A stretch of 64,000 nucleotides of DNA from Minisyncoccia bacterium (GTDB taxonomy: Bacteria; Patescibacteriota; Minisyncoccia; Phycocordibacterales; PALSA-1337): assembly GCA_044228445.1 (NCBI GenBank), contig JBGAUV010000001.1, positions 15,827 to 79,826 of the forward strand, in the 5' to 3' direction. The notes under the pieces are model-generated. The model did no database searches and was not told the DNA's origin. It was given only the letters and a program-made list of their open reading frames with translations. Positions 58,591-64,000 of this stretch are shown here, in pieces. The position numbers were made by a program, and so were the translations under genes. Positions within the stretch are counted from its first letter, which is position 1. The number at the start of each line of letters is the position of its first letter.

Positions 58591-59364
58591 TTATCTGTCC
58601 TTTAAAATAATTTCAATTGGACAATGGTCAGAACCCATTATTTCACTTAGTATTTTTGCTTTTTCTATTTTTTTAAATATTCCTTGTGTTGCAAAAAAAT
58701 AATCAATTCTCCAACCAACATTTCTTTCTCTTGAAAATGTTTTCATATCCCAATATGTATAACAATCTTTTTTATTTGGATTCAAACTTCTCCAAACATC
58801 TATAAAACCATATTGTATAACTTCATCTATCCAGGCTCTCTCTATGGGTAAGAAACCAGTGTTTTTTTCATTTGCTTTTGGTCTAGCCAAGTCTATTTCT
58901 GTATGGGCGGTATTTATATCTCCACAAAATATTACTTCTTTTCCATCTTTCTTATGTTTATTAATAAATTTTAAAAATTCATCGTAAAACTCTAGTTTGT
59001 ATTTAAGTCTGTCTGGACCACTACCTCCATTAGGGAAGTAGGTGTTTATAAGTATGAAATCTTTGAAAAATAGAGCTAGAAATCGTCCTTCTTGATCGTA
59101 TTGGGGTATTCCAAGACCGTATTCAACCTTTTCTGGCTTTATCTTTGTATATATTGCAACTCCACTATATCCTTTTTTTTCTTTTGAATGATCAAAATAT
59201 GCAAAATAACCCTTTGGGTTCCTAGTATTTTCATCCAATTGATCTGGGTGAGACTTTGTTTCTTGTATACAGTATATATCTGGACTTTTCTTTAAAAACC
59301 AATCAAATCCTCCTTTTTTAACATTTGCACGCAAACCGTTCACATTCCAAGATATTATGTTCAT
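58591..59364 (-). CDS. xth: exodeoxyribonuclease III / AP endonuclease
   Basis: SWNVNG, IQETK, GYSGV, CGDIN, GWRIDY, GSDHCP. Confidence 0.97.
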   Translation of the reverse strand: MNIISWNVNGLRANVKKGGFDWFLKKSPDIYCIQETKSHPDQLDENTRNPKGYFAYFDHSKEKKGYSGVAIYTKIKPEKVEYGLGIPQYDQEGRFLALFFKDFILINTYFPNGGSGPDRLKYKLEFYDEFLKFINKHKKDGKEVIFCGDINTAHTEIDLARPKANEKNTGFLPIERAWIDEVIQYGFIDVWRSLNPNKKDCYTYWDMKTFSRERNVGWRIDYFFATQGIFKKIEKAKILSEIMGSDHCPIEIILKDR

Positions 59365-59401
59365 GAGGAAATAATATCATATATGATAAATAAAACACTT
59401 A

Positions 59402-60319
59402 TTACCCCTTCCTATGAAACTTTTGATGTACTTTCTTTAATTCACTATCTGTAATATGTGTATATATCTGTGTCGTTCCTATATTTGCATGTCCAAGTAA
59501 CATTTGAACCGAACGCAAATCAGCACCATTTCGCAATAAGTCTGTAGCAAAAGAGTGGCGAATAACGTGTGGAGTTACCTTTTTTGATATTCCAGCCTTA
59601 ATTGCATAAAACTTTATTATTCTTTCTACTGATCTTGGAGTTAAACGTAGTGTATTTCTTTTCTTTTTATCGGCAATTTGAACAAATAATGCATCGTCCA
59701 TGTCTTTTCTCTTTTTTAAATATTCATTTACCCATTTTTTTGCATTTTCTGATAAAAATACTACTCTGACCTTTTCTCCCTTTCCTCTTATAGAAAATTC
59801 ATCTAATTTCAAATTTATATCTCTTGGTAGGGAACATAGCTCTGAAACACGCAAACCTGTTGAAAATAACAATTCCATCATTGCTCTATCACGTAAACCT
59901 TGAATTGTATTTGTATCCGGTGCTTTTAATAAATCATTCAATTCCTCTATATTTATTAAATCTATTGATCTTTCTGCTACTTTTGCCAATTCTATTCTCT
60001 CTGGTGGTATTACTTCTATACTTCTCTTAGCTAAATACTTCAAAAAAGAGCGTAAAGCAATTAAATAATAATTCTGTGTACGTTTCTTTATTGGAGTAGG
60101 GGAGCCTCCTTTTACTTTTACTGTTTGTTGTCTATTTAACCAAAGTCTATACTCTCTAAGTACGGTATCTGTTATATCTTTTGGGTTTTTAACCTTAGTA
60201 TGCTGTAAAAATACACTTATATAGTGATCATAGTTTCTCACAGTACTCAAACTTCTTCCTTTTTCTATTTCTACATATTGAAGAAATTCTGTTTTGAGAT
60301 CTGTTATATTGTGCGACAT
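59402..60319 (-). CDS. XerC/D-family tyrosine recombinase
   Basis: SAM-like N-domain; TGLRVSE, GKG.K, HVIRHSFAT, LLGH, TQIYTH. Confidence 0.95.
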   Translation of the reverse strand: MSHNITDLKTEFLQYVEIEKGRSLSTVRNYDHYISVFLQHTKVKNPKDITDTVLREYRLWLNRQQTVKVKGGSPTPIKKRTQNYYLIALRSFLKYLAKRSIEVIPPERIELAKVAERSIDLINIEELNDLLKAPDTNTIQGLRDRAMMELLFSTGLRVSELCSLPRDINLKLDEFSIRGKGEKVRVVFLSENAKKWVNEYLKKRKDMDDALFVQIADKKKRNTLRLTPRSVERIIKFYAIKAGISKKVTPHVIRHSFATDLLRNGADLRSVQMLLGHANIGTTQIYTHITDSELKKVHQKFHRKG

Positions 60320-60404
60320 GACTATATTGTAACAGAAATATAGTTTTCCACAGTTATACACAGAATTGTTTGACAAGCTTTTTCTATGGGAGTATATTCA
60401 TGTA

Positions 60405-60756
60405 CGAAGCAGTACATTGGAAGTAATTAAGCAGTAGTCGGTGAACCGATGTGACTGCTCTGTCACAAAACCCGCTCCACACGCGATGTGTGGAGCAAAT
60501 TGGAAAGGTCCCAACTATGAAGAGTCCGAACGCGCCCCCTGGCAACGTTACCGTTGCCACCGCCCCCCATGGATTCAATGGCCTGACGAAGGCCTCCACC
60601 CCCCTGCGGAATACGGAGTATCCCGACAACCCGGCCCGCATCGCCTCCTCCCAGAAGCTCGGAGAACCGAGCACGTACGGTTGCTCCGCCTGACCACTCT
60701 AATCCGGTCAGAACGAGCATTTGCCACTTCATCCGGTCGATGGAGTGGCATTTTTT
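60405..60756 (+). ncRNA. candidate ~350-nt GC-rich multi-hairpin RNA with C-rich linkers
   Basis: TTGACA(60370)-17-TATATT(60393); about 9 serial hairpins; terminator TGCCACTTCATC/GATGGAGTGGCA-T6. Confidence 0.7.
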
Positions 60757-60851
60757 ATATCTATTATAACCCTTAAAATAAGGGTATTTTTTATTATTTA
60801 ATACTCTATTCATAATTTTACTTGACAAATATTTTATATATGCTAGGATAT

Positions 60852-61138
60852 TACCAGATGAACCTTGTTAGTACCCTTTATCTGGGGCAGGGAACATCTA
60901 AGGATCGGCGACGTAGCCAAATCCTTCAACACATGAATCTCTCCTAATGAGTTTATTGTTAGGAGAAAACGTGGGACTGAAAGGAGTCCATGAACAAAGA
61001 CCCGCCCGTCGAGTAAGATTTCTTGCTCGGACGACACAAAAAAGAATCAAACCTCAACCCGAGAACGCCAGCTCTATTGCCTAAGCGTTCTCATAACCCG
61101 GACTCTAGCGTGTTGCAACGCTCGAGTCCGATTTTTTT
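60852..61138 (+). ncRNA. candidate ~285-nt multi-hairpin RNA
   Basis: TTGACA(60822)-16-TG.TAGGAT; about 6 serial hairpins; terminator CGGACTC..GAGTCCG-A-T7. Confidence 0.65.
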
Positions 61139-61193
61139 ATAAAACACATACAGTATTGCTTTATAAACACATTCATGCTATTATCTTCACACA

Positions 61194-61460
61194 ATGCTTA
61201 CAACAAAACAGAAAGAAAAAGTAATAAAGCTTGCAGCGATTCACGATAAGGACACTGGCTCTCCAGAGGTTCAGATTTCAATTTTAACAAAGAAGATCAA
61301 TGAACTAGCTCTACATTTGAAGAAACATAAGAAAGACAATCACTCAAGAAGAGGTTTGTTAGCTATGGTTTCAGACAGACAAGCACATATGAACTATTTG
61401 AAGAAGAAGAATCCAAAGAGATACTCAAGTATTGCAAAAAAGCTAGATTTGAAGAAATAA
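61194..61460 (+). CDS. rpsO: 30S ribosomal protein S15
   Basis: DTGSPEVQ, HKKDNHSRRGL. Confidence 0.99.
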   Translation: MLTTKQKEKVIKLAAIHDKDTGSPEVQISILTKKINELALHLKKHKKDNHSRRGLLAMVSDRQAHMNYLKKKNPKRYSSIAKKLDLKK

Positions 61461-61564
61461 ATATATAACAATATAGTGCTATACTATATTTAGTTTGGTT
61501 TTAATAAGCATTTTAATAGATAATTTAATAGTATTTAATTTTTAATAAGTAATTTTTAATTTTC

Positions 61565-62206
61565 ATGTCAGTAATAAAACATAAAGAACAACGTGTTGGT
61601 ATTTTTATAGACACACAAAACATATATCATAGTGGGAAAAATCTATATCATTCAAAAGTAAATTTTGGACAAATAGTAAAGGATGCTCTGGAAAATCGTT
61701 CTCTAATACGTGCAGTAGCATATGTTATAACAACAGAAGCAGGGGATGAGAAAGGCTTTTTTGATGCTTTAACAAAAATGGGTATTGAAACAAAGACAAA
61801 GGATTTGCAAATATTCGGTAGTGGAGCAAAAAAGGCAGATTGGGATGTAGGATTGGCAATTGATGCAGTTAAAATGGCTCCAAAGCTTGATGCAGTAATA
61901 CTCGTAACTGGAGATGGGGACTTTGTACCACTAGTTGAATACTTACAAATGAATGAAGGATGTCAGGTAGAAGTAGTTTCATTTGGAAAATCAACATCAA
62001 CAAAGCTAGTTGAAGCAGCAGATGACTTTAAAGATCTTGATTCAGATCCACAGAAATACCTTATAAACAATAAAAGTAATTTTAATACTAAAAGCAAGAA
62101 TACAAAGCATAATTTCAAAAAAAGAAATAATGATAGAAATGAAATATCACAAGATACAGAAGAAAATATAGGTGATATGTCAGCAGATTTATCAGGACAA
62201 GAATAA
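61565..62206 (+). CDS. NYN/LabA (DUF88) domain protein
   Basis: FIDTQN, KADWDV, VTGDGDFVPL, ADDF. Confidence 0.93.
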   Translation: MSVIKHKEQRVGIFIDTQNIYHSGKNLYHSKVNFGQIVKDALENRSLIRAVAYVITTEAGDEKGFFDALTKMGIETKTKDLQIFGSGAKKADWDVGLAIDAVKMAPKLDAVILVTGDGDFVPLVEYLQMNEGCQVEVVSFGKSTSTKLVEAADDFKDLDSDPQKYLINNKSNFNTKSKNTKHNFKKRNNDRNEISQDTEENIGDMSADLSGQE

Positions 62207-62211
62207 AAATG

Positions 62212-62238
62212 GAACCGGTTTAATACCGGTTTTATTTT
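62212..62238 (+). terminator. intrinsic terminator
   Basis: AACCGGT-TTAAT-ACCGGTT-TTATTTT. Confidence 0.65.
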
Positions 62239-62276
62239 ATATAGCTCTATTTATACATATTTGTTAAAATTAAAAC

Positions 62277-64000
62277 ATGAACTCCAAACAATACTCTATA
62301 GAAATAGGTGGAAAAGTATTAATAGCTGAATTTAACAATCTAGCAGAACAAGCACATGGATCGGTAACTCTAAAATATGGCAATACAGTAGTGTTAGCGA
62401 CTGTAGTAATGAGTAAAGAAGAAAGAGATATAGATTTCTTTCCATTAACAGTAGAGTATGAAGAGAGATTTTATGCTTCAGGAAAAATACTAGGTAGTAG
62501 ATTTATAAGAAGGGAGGGAAAGCCTAGTGATGAAGCAATACTATCTGGGAGAATAGTTGATAGAACTATAAGGCCATTGTTTGATCATCATATAAGAAAT
62601 GAAGTTCAAGTTGTCTTAACTGTATTATCAATAGATGAAGATGATCCAGATGTTATATCTGTAATTGGTGCATCATTAGCACTAGGCACATCAGATATAC
62701 CTTGGAATGGACCAGTTTCAGCTGTAAGAATAGGGCATAATAATGGTTTTCATATTAATCCTAGCTATACAGAAAGAAAAAAGGCAGATATAAGTTTGGA
62801 TTTGGTAGCTTGTGGTAAAGATGGAAATATAAATATGATTGAACTTGGTGGTAAAGAATGTAGTGAAGATGAGGTTACACAAGCAATAATGAAAGCGAGT
62901 GAAGAAATAGAAAAAATACAAAAATGGCAAGAAAATATAATTAAAGAAATAGGTAAAACAAAAAGAGTAATTGAAAATAAACCAATTCCAACAAGTGTAA
63001 TTGAATTATTTAATAAAGAAATAGAACCTATTTTAAAACAAGCAATTTTTAATAATGAAAGTGGTGAAAAAAGCTTTGGTAGTGTAAAGGAAAAATGGGA
63101 AAAGCTATATAAAGAAAATTATCCTAGTGAAAACATAAGTGTAGCAAAGGAATATCTAGAAGAAAGAATAAATAAATTAATACATGATGAAGCTATTGAT
63201 AATGGAAGAAGAGCTGATGGTAGGGGGATGGATGAAATAAGACCCCTATATGCAAAAGCTGGAGGAATATCACCAATACTTCATGGTAGCGGAACATTTT
63301 ATCGTGGACAGACACATGTTTTATCAGTTTTAACTTTAGGTGGCCCTGGAGATGCTCAAGTTCTCGATGGGATGGAAATAACTCAAGATAAAAGATTTAT
63401 GCATCACTATAACTTTCCACCATTTTCTACTGGAGAAACTGGAAGAATAGGAGGAACAAATAGAAGAATGATAGGTCATGGTGCTCTAGCTGAAAAGGCT
63501 CTTTTACCAGTGATTCCTACAAAAGAAATTTTCCCATACACAATACGCTTGGTTTCTGAAGCATTTTCTTCAAATGGATCTACATCTATGGGTTCAGTAT
63601 GCGGAAGCACAATAGCTCTTATGGATGGTGGTGTGCCTATAAAGGCTCCAGTTGCTGGAATAGCTTCTGGCCTCATGATGAGAGAGGTGAAGTCTGGAAT
63701 AATAGGTAAGATATTTGGAAATAAAAAATATGAATATAAAATTTTAACTGATATACAGGGACCGGAAGATCATCATGGAGATATGGATTTTAAGGTAGCG
63801 GGTACAAGACAGGGTATTACAGCTATTCAAATGGATGTAAAAGTGAGCGGTGTACCAATACCAATACTTAATGAAGCATTTGAAAAAGCCAAACTAGCAC
63901 GTATGAAAATACTTGATGTAATTGAAAAAGAAATAGCAAAACCAAGACCAGATATTTCAAAACATGCACCAAAAATAGTTTTAATTAATATAAATAAAGA
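62277..64000 (+). CDS. pnp: polyribonucleotide nucleotidyltransferase (partial, runs off window end)
   Basis: Manual translation: MNSKQYSIEIGGK..LAEQAHGS, DFFPLTVEYEE, HYNFPPFSTGE, SNGSTSM, GDMDFKVAG. Confidence 0.97.
   Translation, partial: MNSKQYSIEIGGKVLIAEFNNLAEQAHGSVTLKYGNTVVLATVVMSKEERDIDFFPLTVEYEERFYASGKILGSRFIRREGKPSDEAILSGRIVDRTIRPLFDHHIRNEVQVVLTVLSIDEDDPDVISVIGASLALGTSDIPWNGPVSAVRIGHNNGFHINPSYTERKKADISLDLVACGKDGNINMIELGGKECSEDEVTQAIMKASEEIEKIQKWQENIIKEIGKTKRVIENKPIPTSVIELFNKEIEPILKQAIFNNESGEKSFGSVKEKWEKLYKENYPSENISVAKEYLEERINKLIHDEAIDNGRRADGRGMDEIRPLYAKAGGISPILHGSGTFYRGQTHVLSVLTLGGPGDAQVLDGMEITQDKRFMHHYNFPPFSTGETGRIGGTNRRMIGHGALAEKALLPVIPTKEIFPYTIRLVSEAFSSNGSTSMGSVCGSTIALMDGGVPIKAPVAGIASGLMMREVKSGIIGKIFGNKKYEYKILTDIQGPEDHHGDMDFKVAGTRQGITAIQMDVKVSGVPIPILNEAFEKAKLARMKILDVIEKEIAKPRPDISKHAPKIVLININK

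Noticed and set aside
60384-60828. Four overlapping ORFs (80-121 aa) in the GC-rich island
   Set aside because: Open frames on both strands are expected from high GC. Codon usage is unlike the genome, one ORF runs through the terminator, and hairpin density fits RNA better. The 80-aa frame is not strictly excluded.
60405-61138. RNase P, tmRNA, SRP or CsrB identity for these RNAs
   Set aside because: No GAGGAAAGUCC/CGGCUUA pair, no tRNA-like ends or TTCGA arm, no SRP GGAA-loop motif, and only sporadic loop GGA
59402-61138. Integron (integrase divergent from a hairpin array)
   Set aside because: The recombinase looks like a housekeeping Xer without the IntI insertion; I saw no cassette ORFs or attC RYYYAAC/GTTRRRY cores
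1-64000. CRISPR array, IS/transposase, prophage, rRNA, reverse transcriptase
   Set aside because: No repeat-spacer periodicity or recognisable genes seen

Overview
AT-rich core-chromosome segment from a bacterium using genetic code 11, most likely a Patescibacteria/CPR Parcubacteria member. The assignment rests on the absence of rpmD (L30) from the spc operon, AT-rich starts with no Shine-Dalgarno, a trigger factor lacking its FKBP domain, a type IV pilus/ComEC set and many secreted proteins. Housekeeping content: infC-rpmI-rplT; the S10/spc/secY-adk-map block; a str operon split between fusA and tuf by a 7-kb island of secreted proteins; split comEC; rnhA, recJ, pgk, tpiA; a pilB-pilC-minor pilin operon; nusA, ppa, tig, clpP, rny, hup; four tRNAs; a CCA-adding enzyme; xth; a Xer-type recombinase; rpsO; and a partial pnp. 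The most interesting signals are non-coding. (1) At least five apparently stand-alone structured transcripts (promoter, serial hairpins, terminator) at about 4.3, 28.7, 58.3, 60.6 and 61.0 kb match no housekeeping RNA I recognise. (2) An orphan PemK/MazF-like toxin has a convergent small RNA overlapping its 3' end. (3) A 45-bp motif with 11-bp periodicity is duplicated at identical spacing upstream of both comEC halves. (4) An unannotated 39-aa membrane peptide has a strong SD and an overlapping leader ORF. (5) A DnaA-box array plus six parS-like sites mark a probable oriC region at 55-58 kb. All calls were made by eye; no searches or folding programs were run.
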